From Methanotrichaceae archaeon (GTDB taxonomy: Archaea > Halobacteriota > Methanosarcinia > Methanotrichales > Methanotrichaceae): a stretch of DNA of 64,000 nt. Numbering within the stretch: the stretch's first letter is position 1; each line of letters starts with the position of its first letter. Position numbers and translations under genes: made by a program. The stretch lies in contig CAVVKN010000009.1 in assembly GCA_963748825.1 (NCBI GenBank), forward strand, positions 1 through 64,000, in the 5' to 3' direction. A model generated the notes under the pieces. The model saw only the letters and a program-made list of their open reading frames with translations. It was not told where the DNA came from and made no database searches. This document shows, in pieces, positions 1 through 10,349 of the stretch.

Positions 1-544
1 TCCATTAGTGTTGGCATGGCCTACATCGAAAACAAAGCCCACATTCTCCCGGCCTACCGTCTCTATTATTCCCGAACACTCCTCCGGCCGGCGGCCTAAA
101 ATGGCAGGCATGTTGACCATGTTCTCCACGGCAATTCTGGTGTCCAGATTTTGGGCGTGATCGCAGATCTGCTGGATGCCCCAGAATGCACTGCGACCAG
201 GCGGCATCGGGCATATGCATTCCCAGAGGCGAGAAATGGCCGGGATGAAGCACGGCCAGGCGGGCGAAGTCGCTGGCAAGGTCCAGGCAGCTCTTCATCT
301 GTCGCACGGTCTCCTCCCAGATGGGCTGGTTCACGGAGGCCAAATTCAGGTCGGAGTAGGGCAGGTGGATGGTAATAATAAGATCAGTAGTCTCGACGAT
401 CTGTTTTGCCTCGACCAGGTTCTCTCGGGTCAGCTTCTGCTTTCCCTCGTTTACGATCTCCCAGCCGCTGTAGCCCAGATCTTTCAGTTGATAGGCCCAG
501 TCAAACGGCCTGTCCACCAGCTTGCTGGAGGAGAAGCCGAACAT
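1..544 (-). CDS. Sugar phosphate isomerase/epimerase (xylose-isomerase-like TIM barrel); frameshifted near 180 and running off the window edge
   Basis: GWEIVNEG, TIHLPYSDLNLAS, AVLHPG motifs; continuation (IAVENM..., CFDVGHA) lies in another frame. Confidence 0.75.
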
Positions 545-979
545 CCACTCCGTCCTCCGCCAGCCACTCCTAACTCACTAATATCAATCTCTCGGACCGG
601 CACGCCGTTCTCGGTCTCGGGCGCCAGCCAATTGATAACGCGCTCGCCCCCCGTTATCTGAACGTGCAGTGAGCCCAAGGCCTCCTCTTCTGGAGGAAAG
701 CTCACAAATCCCATTAAAGCAGCTTGCTTGCTAAGCTGGAACGAAGTGGTATTGCCCACCATTCCGCGCAGCAATACCTTTCGGGCCGTGTCCAAAATCT
801 CTTGCTTTCTCAAAAGCTCATGCAGCGTCTTCAGGCTATCTGGGCCGTTGTAAGCCTCAATCCTGTCGGCGCGAATGTCCATGATCAGACCAGAAAGATG
901 TTCTCAATGGCGGATACGACTTTTTCCACGCGCTCCGTGGGCCTAACCAATAGCAAATAGTAACCTCGATCGTTCTCAT
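541..979 (-). CDS. UPF0201/DUF54-like RNA-binding protein (apparent frameshifts; 3' end uncertain)
   Basis: LLRKQEILDTARKVL...LSKQAALMG...LGSLHV...WLAP motif; upstream ATG at 979 and VRPTERVEKVVSAIENIF segment in shifted frames. Confidence 0.65.
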
Positions 980-984
980 CGCCT

Positions 985-2220
985 CTAGATGTGGCTGGTC
1001 TTGTATCTGAGGAATTCGGCAATCCCGCCAAAGGCCTTGTAAAGCTGCTCACCCTCCTCAAACTCCGTGGAGATGATTTTGACCTCTGCTTTGCTCTGAT
1101 CTGCCAGCTTGGATGAGTCGGAGACTATATCCTCTTCTCCGGTGATGGTCAAAGCAGCCCCGCACTTCAAGCAGCTGCCCAGTGGCTCAGATGCCTTCGA
1201 ACGGGTTTGATTGTCGGAAAAGTCGCAGCTTCTGCTGGTGCATTCGATCTTAGCTCGCGTTTCTCAGATCCTCTGATAGAAGAAGGATCTCAACTACCCC
1301 AAGCTCAAGGTTATGGCGAACCTCATTATCGCCGTAAGCCGCCAGACCTTGTCGGAAACCAGCTCCTTCATGAAGCGGCGCATGAGCAATTTGTCCTGCG
1401 TCACCTCTAGATCGGAGAGTTGCTCTTGAGCAGCATCCACCAGCTCGTACAATCCTGATTCATCGGTATAAGAGACATCCAGCCCAGAACCTTCTTTTGC
1501 AATTCATGATGCAAAAAGCCCCCCTCCACAAACTCCTCTTTGGTAGGTGAGGGGCCTCCTACCAGGATGCCTTGCAGATCCTTGGCATCGATGGCTGAAA
1601 TGCTTCGTTGGCCGATTCTCCTATCCGTTTGTAAAATTCGTGGATGGCTATGAGACGCAGCTGCTGGAACCTGTGGCTGGACTTGGCCACCTTTTTCTCT
1701 GCTTGCCCGGCACGGTGGAGGTGAGATGCTTCATAGGTTCTATGTATTTGCCCTTTAAAATGCCAATGGCCGCCTCGCGCCGGTCCAGTACGATAAGCCC
1801 GAAGGTCTTTTTGTCAGCCAGCATCTCCTCCAGTGGGCCCAGTAGAAACGAAGAATCGCAGTGGTATCGGTAGGTAACAAGAGGATCAGGCGGCTCCAAA
1901 GCCACGCTGTACATCTCAGTTTTATTGGCTCCGGCATCCACGCTGCCGATGGATCTGACTACTCCGTTAGCTGGAGGCTTGGGGATGAACTTGAGCCGGG
2001 ACGTAGCCGACTCAAGGGAGCCCTGCACACTGAGCCTGGTGACACGAGATTTTATGTTGGCTGCCTGTCCGTACTCTTCACGTAGCTGGCTTGTGACATC
2101 ATAGATCTGCTTATTCGGGGGGGATATAGAGGGAAATTAGCTCCGTCCCTCAACCGTCTTGCTCCTCAGGCCATCGAGAAGACGCTTAAATTCATATTTT
2201 TCCTGTGCAGTGAACTCCAT
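985..2220 (-). CDS. prf1: Peptide chain release factor aRF1 (several apparent frameshifts)
   Basis: Start MEFTAQEKYEFKR at 2220; fragments AANIKSR, YRYHCDSSF, STVPGKQRK, ISTEFEEGEQLYKAFGGIA are typical of aRF1. Confidence 0.9.
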
Positions 2221-2424
2221 CGGGGATCTCCCAAAAACACTCACGGCCAAGATATGAAAGGCTTCTTCCAAGATGAAAATCATAAAATCGAAATAGAAAT
2301 TACAAAATTAGACGTGTTCAAAAACTATATAAAGATATAAGTTATCTTATAATCTATGAATCAATTAGTTGTTCTCCAGGAAATTTATGCATCTTTTTCC
2401 AAAGGAGGTGATGGTCTACAAAAA

Positions 2425-4571
2425 ATGGATAGTAAGACCATCGAAGGGAATTTGTCCGGAACTACTAAGCAAATTGCTGAAAGCACCCGAAAGGGCAGAA
2501 TCGACGAGAATCTTTGCCGCGAACTTTCTCTCAAGCTCCAAGATGTTTATGAGATCAAGCGGCTGGGCGATATCTGCCGCAGGGCGGGCCTGCAGGATCT
2601 GGCCATAAATACATACAACAGGGCTGTGTCTCTCTGCCGCGATCCGATTCTGCGACCGGTGCTGCAGAATAATCTGGGTCGAAGCCTTCGTCCATCAGGG
2701 AGATCTGGCGAAAGCTGCTTTCTACTATCAGAAAGCCGCCGACTGCTTTGCCAAGGAAGGGGATCATATCGGCCTTGCCCATGTATTGGGAAATTTGGGC
2801 TCAGCCTACCGGAAGAGCGGGGAATGGGACAAAGCCATAGAGCACTGTTACCGTAGCCTGAAGACCTTCGAGGAGAAGGGCGACGATCTCGGCATCGCTC
2901 AGGATGACAGGAAGCCTCGGCCGGTCTATGCCGATATGGGGGAGAAGGAGCTTGCCGCCCGATACTTCGAGAGAAGCCTGACCGACTTTCAGAGACTGGG
3001 CGATAAAAGGAGCGCTGCCTGGGGTGCAGGACCGGCTGGGTAGAATTGCCGGCCAGAGAATGGACTGGGATAAAGCACTGTGCTACTTCAATTCCAGCCT
3101 CTCTCTTTTCGAAGAGCAAGGCGAAAGTCAGAGCCAGGGAATTGTTCTATCTAACCTGGGACGAATCTACCTGCAAATGGGGCAGGCAACTGCGGCTCGC
3201 GAACCTCTGGAGAGAGCCGTTCTGCTCATTTCCCGTCAAATGAAGCCCAGTTATCAGAATGCACTTTATTGTCTGGCGAAAACCTACAGCTCCCTGGCAA
3301 TAAATTGCCTGCAAGAAGAACCGGGCCGATCATCCAGTCGGCAGCAACGGCTGGAGGCCTCCCGTCTATTCGTCCAGGCGGCAGATCGTTACCAAGAGCT
3401 GGCACCTACCCTTGCAGACGGCCAGGCCGGGATCAAGGTGGCCGCGGCAATTGCAAAGAGCCGGTCCTATCTGGCCAGGCTTGGCGGGGATGTCCAGGGC
3501 GAGGAGGCGCTGATGCTGGCGGAGAGGGCCCAGGCCTTCCTGGACAATGCAGCTGCAAATGCCAGTGATGGCAATAAAGCCGGGATCCTGGGCCTGCAAA
3601 GAATCATCGCCGGCATGAAGGAAGTCCACAGCATTGGGCTTTTAGCAAACGAGCCCTTGATGCTTGCCCGCGCCTTGAACAATGCCTCGGAATATCTCAA
3701 GGGAGGAGCCCAGGGGTGGGCATCAGAGGAAGCGGGCGGCTTTCTTTGTCAGGCCCTGAAAAATATCATAGATGTGCAGAGATCGGGAAGAGATCCGACC
3801 GAGAAGCTGCTGGCAGCAGCTGCGGCTTTGCGCCATGCAGAAAGGCATTTCGGCGCGGCAGAAATCGATGGGAAGGAATGCAGCGCAAATAGGATTGCAG
3901 AGGCAGCAGAAATCCTGGAGGAATCTGCAGCAAACGTTAGCGGGCAATGCCAGGCGGCCCTGCTTCATATTGCTGGGGCCATGGCGAGCAATTCGCTAAG
4001 TAAAATCGATGATTGTGATAGCATATTGACCTGGGATGAGTCCCTGCATCTCTTGCCCATGATCGAAAAGGGAGAATTTGCTGTTAATATCAAGATTAAT
4101 GATCTGCATGAATCAGATGTAAAACCCATTGCAAAAACGGACCTGCCGGTCCTGGAGATCTCAAAGGAGAGGTACGAGGCAAAAGACCAGATCTTGGCAG
4201 ATGGATGGCTGGTCCCAATCAAAGTCGATATGGCCTGCAGGAGTTACGGCCAGCTTCTCTTGCCAGCCATTAAGCAGCAATTCAATGAAAAGTTGGAAAT
4301 GCCCCTAAAACCAGAGAACGGGAGGCAAGAATCGCACGAAAGGGCATTAACAGATGCTAACGAAGAGAGATATGAACAGACAAATGAAGAGATAAATGAA
4401 GTGCGGAATAATGAGCAGATAAGATTCAGCGAAGTCGCCCCGGATCCCGAAATTGAGAAAGAGTCTCAAGAAAGCCCCTTCATCCACTCGAAAGCTGTAT
4501 TCCTCCTCAAGGTTATGACGGCTCTATTGCTGATGCTCCTGGCAATAGAGGCAATACTATACTTGATATAG
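2425..4571 (+). CDS. Tetratricopeptide-repeat protein with C-terminal membrane anchor (apparent frameshifts in 5' part)
   Basis: TPR-like helices (NNLG, GNLGSAY, SNLGRIY) spread over ORFs 2356, 2786 and 3024; hydrophobic C-terminal tail. Confidence 0.7.
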
Positions 4572-4599
4572 GCCGTAATAGCATGTCTGCCTGGCAAAT

Positions 4600-5191
4600 A
4601 TGAAGAGAAAGCAGCTTGAGATGATGCTGGAGCGGCTGGAGGGCTTTAGTCGGCCCTCTTTTCAAAGGGAGCAGTATGCCACACCCGCCTGCTGTCGCCG
4701 CAGAGATGCTTTTCCTGGCGGGAATGCGCGGAGAGCTTGGCACCGTCTGTGACCTGGGCTGCGGGACAGGCGTGCTGGCCATAGGCGCGGCCCTACTGGG
4801 TGCGAGGGCCATTGGCGTGGAGATCGACGGCGAGGCTTTGGCCATAGCCAGGAGAAATGCAAAAAAGTTAGACGTGGATGTGGACTTCATCCGCGCCGAT
4901 GTGAACTCGCTGGCCCTCAAGGGCATCGATACAGTGGTCATGAATCCGCCCTTTGGAGCCCAGAAGGCGAGCGCAGGGGACCGTGCATTTCTTTGCATTG
5001 CCCAAAAAATCGCCAAGACGATCTACTCTCTGCATAATCTGGGAAGCGAAGGTTTCATGAGAAGCTTTATGAAACCCTGCACTGTGCAGGAAATCTATCG
5101 CATTCCCTTTCCCTTGAAGAGATGCTTTGAGTTTCATAGCCAAGATGTCAAGATCATTGAGGTTGAGCTATATAGAATAACATGCCAGTAG
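4600..5191 (+). CDS. METTL5-family SAM-dependent RNA methyltransferase (one apparent +1 error near 4685)
   Basis: MKRKQLEMMLE...EQYATP from ATG 4600, then DLGCGTG and NPPFG motifs in the next frame. Confidence 0.88.
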
Positions 5192-5305
5192 TCATTAGAG
5201 ATTAGAGATAGGCAACATGGATGCCAGACTTTAGATACTAGTAATTCTAGATGCTAGAGATGATACTGGATTTAAATGCGCTTATAGAGGATTCATAGAG
5301 GAATT

Positions 5306-5866
5306 ATGATGGACGGTAGCTTTGTACTTCCTGGAGATGTGGTGGGATCGACCGAGGAGTTTGTTCCCGGAGACTGCACCTACGCTCGGGCAGGAACGAT
5401 TTTTGCATCTACTGCGGGCCTGGTCAAGATCGATTCGAGAGCCAGATCCGCGAGTGTCATACCCAAGACCAATGCCCCGGTAAAGCTCTTTCAGGGTGAT
5501 ATCGTGGTGGGAGAGGTAATTGATCTCAAGGACAGCCTGGTCATAGTCTCGCTGGCCTTCAAGAAGGGGCATGAGGACAGACCCATCTCAGATGAGGAGG
5601 CGACCATTCACATATCCAATGTGAGAAACTCCTATGTCAAAGACCTGCGTCACCTCTTTTCGCTCCGCGATATTCTTAAGGCCAAGATCATCGACGAGAG
5701 ACAGATGAGGCTTACCACGGGCGATGAGGACCTGGGCGTTATTAAAGCCTACTGCACTCGCTGTCTCGCGGGCCTGGTCAAGAAAGAAAATAAATTGGTC
5801 TGCCCCAATTGCGCCAATACCGAGACGCGCAAGATGAGCTCAGCCTACGGTCTGGGAGTGGTTTGA
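5306..5866 (+). CDS. csl4: Exosome RNA-binding cap protein Csl4
   Basis: VLPGD...EEF.PG N-terminus, S1 domain, DLGVIKAYCxxC...CPNC zinc ribbon, ETRK. Confidence 0.93.
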   Translation: MMDGSFVLPGDVVGSTEEFVPGDCTYARAGTIFASTAGLVKIDSRARSASVIPKTNAPVKLFQGDIVVGEVIDLKDSLVIVSLAFKKGHEDRPISDEEATIHISNVRNSYVKDLRHLFSLRDILKAKIIDERQMRLTTGDEDLGVIKAYCTRCLAGLVKKENKLVCPNCANTETRKMSSAYGLGVV

Positions 5867-6141
5867 TGAATTTGAAGATTATCAAGAAGACGGAGAATCA
5901 GGCCATTATCGAGTTTGTGGGGGAAGGGCATACTATCTTGAATTTGCTGCGAACCGAACTCTTGGCTGATGAAAGGGTGCTGATGGCCACCTACGACACC
6001 AAATTTCCCATCATGGACAACCCCGTCTTCCGGCTCACGACGTCCGGCGTAGACCCCATAGTTGTTTTGAGAGAGGCTACAGGACGCATCATCGGCCAAT
6101 GCGAGGAGTTTTCCAGACAGTATGCAGAGGCTGTGAAGTAG
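5866..6141 (+). CDS. rpoL: RNA polymerase subunit L (Rpo11)
   Basis: ATG 5866; GEGHTILNLLRTELL motif; conserved csl4-rpoL order. Confidence 0.93.
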   Translation: MNLKIIKKTENQAIIEFVGEGHTILNLLRTELLADERVLMATYDTKFPIMDNPVFRLTTSGVDPIVVLREATGRIIGQCEEFSRQYAEAVK

Positions 6142-6508
6142 TAGTAAACAGGCATTTGGGCATGTAACCAGAATAAAAAACTGCGGTGCAGTTCTGCTGA
6201 TTCAACCTGGGCTCAAGCCACCAGTCAAGCCGCTGCACTGGATGAAAATCCGGCCTGTGCCTGCCTCTTGGCAGGCCTTTTGCCGGCCGCATTTATTCTC
6301 TGCATGGATTTTTTTGGCACAATCGCTCTATAAGATCGGCGGAATTCATCAATCCCTGTCTATGGGTGGTTCATTTCTTGGAAGTCTAGTAAATCATGGA
6401 TTTTTTTAATTTTATAACGAAATATGCGGCAGCGATCACAGAATTAATATAACTTTAGATTGCAACTATAAGAAAATGCGATAATTAAGTTCGAATGGGG
6501 ATACATCG

Positions 6509-9067
6509 CTGGCTGGAAATTTTGACATAAACACCGCTAAAGGCCTCTCGGAATCCGAGGCTGCAAAGCTGCTAAAAGATGTAGGCTACAACGAGTTGCC
6601 TTCATCCAAACCTCGCACTGTCTTAGCTATTGCCTGGGAGGTTGCCAGGCAGCCTATGTTTCTCCTCCTGGTAGCGGGCGGTCTTGTCTATCTATTGCTC
6701 GGAGATCTCCAGGAGGCCTTGATGCTCCTGGGCTTCGTCTTAGTTGTCATGGGCATTACTTTTTACCAGGAACGCAAGACCGAACGAGCTCTGGAGTCTT
6801 TGCGAGATCTTTCCAGTCCACGTGCTCTGGTAATCCGGGATGGCGTTGATAAAAGGATAGCTGGAAGGGATGTCGTCCCTGGTGACCTTATCGTTCTTGC
6901 AGAGGGAGATCGTGTGCCAGCAGATGCAGTTTTGCTGGACTGCACTAACTTTTCTGCAGATGAATCACTTCTAACTGGCGAATCCGTCTCAGTACGAAAG
7001 GTAAGTTGCATAAGCACAGAACAAGTGCCTTTGATGGCTCGACCAGGTGGTGACGATTTACCCTTTGTTTTCTCTGGAAGCCTCGTCGTGCAGGGCCAGG
7101 GTGTGGCATTGGTCCGGGCTACAGGAATTAACACTGAGATGGGTAAGATCGGAAAGGCTTTGCAGAAAGTCACTTCCGAAGAGACGGCGCTCCAGGAAGA
7201 GACTAATCTGCTGGTACGAAACCTGGCCATACTCGGCCTGAGCCTATGCTTGTTGGTAGTGATTGCCTACGGCATGACCAGAGGCGACTGGCTGCAGGGA
7301 CTCCTGGCGGGCATAACTATGGCCATGGCCGTGCTGCCCGAAGAGTTTCCCGTGGTTTTGACCATATTTCTGGCCTTGGGGGCATGGAGAATCTCGCAGA
7401 GCAACGTCTTGACCAGGCGCGTTCCGGCAATAGAGACGCTGGGTTCAGCCACAGTGCTCTGTGTTGATAAGACCGGCACTCTGACAATGAACCGCATGAA
7501 GGTGAAGAAGATATTCGCCGGCGGCGAGTTCTTCGAACTGGATGATGGTAGAGATCGTTTGCCGGATGCCATTCATGAGGTAATAGAGTTTAGCATTCTG
7601 GCCAGTCAGATTGATCCCTTCGATCCGATGGAGAAGGCCTTCAAAAAGCTAGGCGAGGACTACCTGGCCAAGACTGAGCACATTCACAGGGACTGGGAGC
7701 TGGTGAAAGAATATTCGCTATCAAAGAAGCTGCTGGCCATGTCGCGTGTTTGGAGATCGCCTTCCAGAAAAGAGTATGTGATCGCGGCCAAAGGAGCACC
7801 TGAGGCTATAGCAGAGCTGTGTCACTTCGATTTGAATAAGCAAACGGAACTTTCCAGGGCCGTTCAGATTATGGCCCAGGAAGGCATGCGAGTATTGGGT
7901 GTAGCCACCGCATCCTTGCAAGAGACGAATTTACCGGATGGACAGCACGACTTCGATTTCAAATTCACAGGCCTGATTGGCATGGAGGATCCTGTCCGTC
8001 CGGGCGTTCCTCAGGCCATCAAGGAGTGCTATTCTGCAGGAATAAGAGTAGTAATGATAACCGGAGACAATCCCGGCACTGCTCAGGCTATAGCCAGACA
8101 GATCGGATTTCCTTCAGATCAGGTAATTACAGGCCCCGAGTTAGAGAAATTGAGCGACCAGGAACTTCAGAATCAAGTCCGAAATGTTTGCATCTTCCCC
8201 CGTGTTATGCCGGAGCAGAAGCTGAGGCTGGTCCAGGCCTTAAAGGCTAACGGAGAGGTCGTGGCTATGACCGGCGACGGCGTGAACGATGCGCCCGCTC
8301 TCAAAGCTGCCAATATAGGAATCGCTATGGGTAAGAGGGGTACGGATGTGGCCCGCGAAGCAGCATCTCTGGTGCTCTTGGACGACGACTTCTCGTCAAT
8401 AGTCAAAGCGGTGAGGCTGGGCCGCAGAATCTTCGACAATATCAAAAAGGCCATGGCCTATATCCTGGCCATCCATGTTCCTATCGCAGGCATGTCGCTT
8501 ATTCCCGTGCTCCTGGAATGGCCGTTAATCTTTTTCCCGATTCATGTGGTATTCCTTGAGCTCATCATCGATCCCGCCTGCTCAATTGCTTTTGAGGCTG
8601 AACCCGAGGAAGCAGATGTAATGCTGCGCCGGCCACGCGACCCAAATAAGCCTCTGTTTAACCGGCGCACATTGGGCCTTAGCCTGCTTCAGGGCGTTAG
8701 CGTTCTGATCATAGTCCTGGCAGTCTTCGCCGTTTCACTCTATCGTGGTCAGGGCGAGTCTGTTGCAAGAGCACTTACTTATACAACACTCATTATTGCC
8801 AACCTTGGCCTGATACTGGCAAACAGATCCTGGTCCCGGACGATTTTAGAGACCATGAGCACTCCCAATCCCGCTCTCTGGTGGGTAGTTGGAGGGGCCC
8901 TGGCTTTCTTGGCATTGGTAATCTACGTTCCCTTCATCAGAGAACTATTCGGCTTTGCCCATCTGCATTTTATTGATATCGCCATTTGTTTCATGGCAGG
9001 GATAGCGAGCATTATCTGGTTCGAAGCACTAAAGATCATCAATAGAAAAAAGGGATTAATCCACTAA
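6509..9067 (+). CDS. Cation-translocating P-type ATPase (P2A-like, Ca2+?)
   Basis: DKTGTLT, TGES, PEEFP, KGAPE, TGDGVNDAP motifs; GLSESEAAKLLKDVGYNELP lies upstream of TTG 6596, implying an earlier start (CTG 6509). Confidence 0.92.
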   Translation: MAGNFDINTAKGLSESEAAKLLKDVGYNELPSSKPRTVLAIAWEVARQPMFLLLVAGGLVYLLLGDLQEALMLLGFVLVVMGITFYQERKTERALESLRDLSSPRALVIRDGVDKRIAGRDVVPGDLIVLAEGDRVPADAVLLDCTNFSADESLLTGESVSVRKVSCISTEQVPLMARPGGDDLPFVFSGSLVVQGQGVALVRATGINTEMGKIGKALQKVTSEETALQEETNLLVRNLAILGLSLCLLVVIAYGMTRGDWLQGLLAGITMAMAVLPEEFPVVLTIFLALGAWRISQSNVLTRRVPAIETLGSATVLCVDKTGTLTMNRMKVKKIFAGGEFFELDDGRDRLPDAIHEVIEFSILASQIDPFDPMEKAFKKLGEDYLAKTEHIHRDWELVKEYSLSKKLLAMSRVWRSPSRKEYVIAAKGAPEAIAELCHFDLNKQTELSRAVQIMAQEGMRVLGVATASLQETNLPDGQHDFDFKFTGLIGMEDPVRPGVPQAIKECYSAGIRVVMITGDNPGTAQAIARQIGFPSDQVITGPELEKLSDQELQNQVRNVCIFPRVMPEQKLRLVQALKANGEVVAMTGDGVNDAPALKAANIGIAMGKRGTDVAREAASLVLLDDDFSSIVKAVRLGRRIFDNIKKAMAYILAIHVPIAGMSLIPVLLEWPLIFFPIHVVFLELIIDPACSIAFEAEPEEADVMLRRPRDPNKPLFNRRTLGLSLLQGVSVLIIVLAVFAVSLYRGQGESVARALTYTTLIIANLGLILANRSWSRTILETMSTPNPALWWVVGGALAFLALVIYVPFIRELFGFAHLHFIDIAICFMAGIASIIWFEALKIINRKKGLIH

Positions 9068-9074
9068 ATAAGGC

Positions 9075-9146
9075 AATATAGATTTATCAGATGATTCCGA
9101 TTTTTTAGAATTTTCAGAAAAGCTTTTATTCTCAGAAGACTTAGCA
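9075..9146 (+). promoter_or_regulatory. Phased 9-bp direct-repeat array overlapping the BRE/TATA of the AbrB-arsM unit
   Basis: Consecutive 9-mers aatatagat, ttatcagat, gattccgat, tttttagaa, ttttcagaa, [aagctttta], ttctcagaa, gacttagca. Confidence 0.55.
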
Positions 9147-9173
9147 ATTGCCATAATGGCATGAGGCGCAAAG

Positions 9174-9449
9174 GTGACTACAAAAGATGAGAATGAATCC
9201 TGCTGCCAGCCAAACGAGATAAGCAGTTGCACAGTAGAGTCGATTGTAACCATAGATGAGAGAGGACAGATGGTGCTTCCCAAGGAGATCCGAGAGAGAG
9301 CAAAGATAAAGCCGGGAGACAAGCTGGCTGTGCTCAGCTTAGAGAAAAGCGGCAAGGTCTGCTGTCTCTCTTTAATCAAAGTGGAAGAGCTTGAAGGCAT
9401 GGTCAAGTCCCGGCTGGGACCGATAATAAACGAGGCTTTTAAGGATTAG
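9174..9449 (+). CDS. AbrB/SpoVT-fold DNA-binding protein with vicinal Cys pairs (resembles the HgcAB-associated/ArsM-associated family)
   Basis: IVTIDERGQMVLPKEIRERAKIKPGDKL AbrB motif; SCC and VCC pairs. Confidence 0.85.
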   Translation: MTTKDENESCCQPNEISSCTVESIVTIDERGQMVLPKEIRERAKIKPGDKLAVLSLEKSGKVCCLSLIKVEELEGMVKSRLGPIINEAFKD

Positions 9450-9453
9450 GTGG

Positions 9454-10287
9454 GTGGAAATGATGAATGATCAAGAGCTAAAGAATGCAGTAAAAGAAAG
9501 CTACTCGCGTGTGGCAAAGAATGCCTCATCTTGCTGCTCGTCAGGCTGCTGCGGATCGGCCAAGCCAGAGCAGATCAGCAAGAAGATCGGCTACACAGAG
9601 GAGCAGATGGAGGACGTGCCCGCGGGATCGAACCTGGGGCTTGGCTGCGGCAACCCGATTGCATTTGCCTCCATAAAAGAGGGAGAGACCGTCCTGGACC
9701 TGGGATCCGGAGCCGGATTTGACTGCTTCTTGGCATCGAAGATCGTCGGGCCGCAGGGAAAAGTCATAGGCGTTGATATGACGGCAGAGATGGTAGCGCG
9801 GGCAAGAACCAATGCGAATCAAGGTGGCTACAGCAATGTTGAGTTTCGATTTGGTGAGATCGAGGCCTTGCCGATCGAGGATAACACAGTCGATGTCATC
9901 ATCTCCAACTGCGTCATCAACCTGGTGCCGGATAAGGAGAAGGCCTTCCGGGAGGCGTTCAGAGTTCTTCGCCCTGGGGGCAGGCTGATGGTTTCGGATA
10001 TCGTCCTTTTGAAGGGGCTTCCCGATTTCGTCAAGCAATCGATTGAGGCTTACGTGGGATGCATCGCGGGAGCCGTCAAGAAGGATAAGTACCTGGAGGC
10101 CGTAAGATCGGCTGGATTCAAAGACGTCTGCGTAATGCAGGAGGCCATCTTCCCCCTGGACTGCATGACCAATGATCCCACCGGTCAGGCGATTCTAAAG
10201 AGCCTGGAAGGATCTGCGGAGGATATCAAGAAGGTTGAGGGCTGCATATCCAGCGTAAAAGTCTCCGGCATCAAGCCTTCGGCATAA
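9454..10287 (+). CDS. arsM: Arsenite S-adenosylmethionine methyltransferase
   Basis: LGLGCGNP, VLDLGSGAGFD, IISNCVINL, GCIAGA motifs; Cys-rich N-terminus. Confidence 0.93.
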   Translation: MEMMNDQELKNAVKESYSRVAKNASSCCSSGCCGSAKPEQISKKIGYTEEQMEDVPAGSNLGLGCGNPIAFASIKEGETVLDLGSGAGFDCFLASKIVGPQGKVIGVDMTAEMVARARTNANQGGYSNVEFRFGEIEALPIEDNTVDVIISNCVINLVPDKEKAFREAFRVLRPGGRLMVSDIVLLKGLPDFVKQSIEAYVGCIAGAVKKDKYLEAVRSAGFKDVCVMQEAIFPLDCMTNDPTGQAILKSLEGSAEDIKKVEGCISSVKVSGIKPSA

Positions 10288-10349
10288 AGCCTGCGCAAAC
10301 ATTCATTAATTGATAGCGCAATGAAGGATTTGAAAAATGAAGGATTCGA

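Noticed and set aside
985-2220. Programmed frameshifting or pseudogenisation of release factor aRF1
   Set aside because: Multiple scattered indels in an essential gene, with all neighbours in 1-4.7 kb similarly broken; best explained by low-quality consensus
5192-5275. TAGA(G/T)-rich stretch upstream of csl4
   Set aside because: Irregular low-complexity sequence with no consistent period
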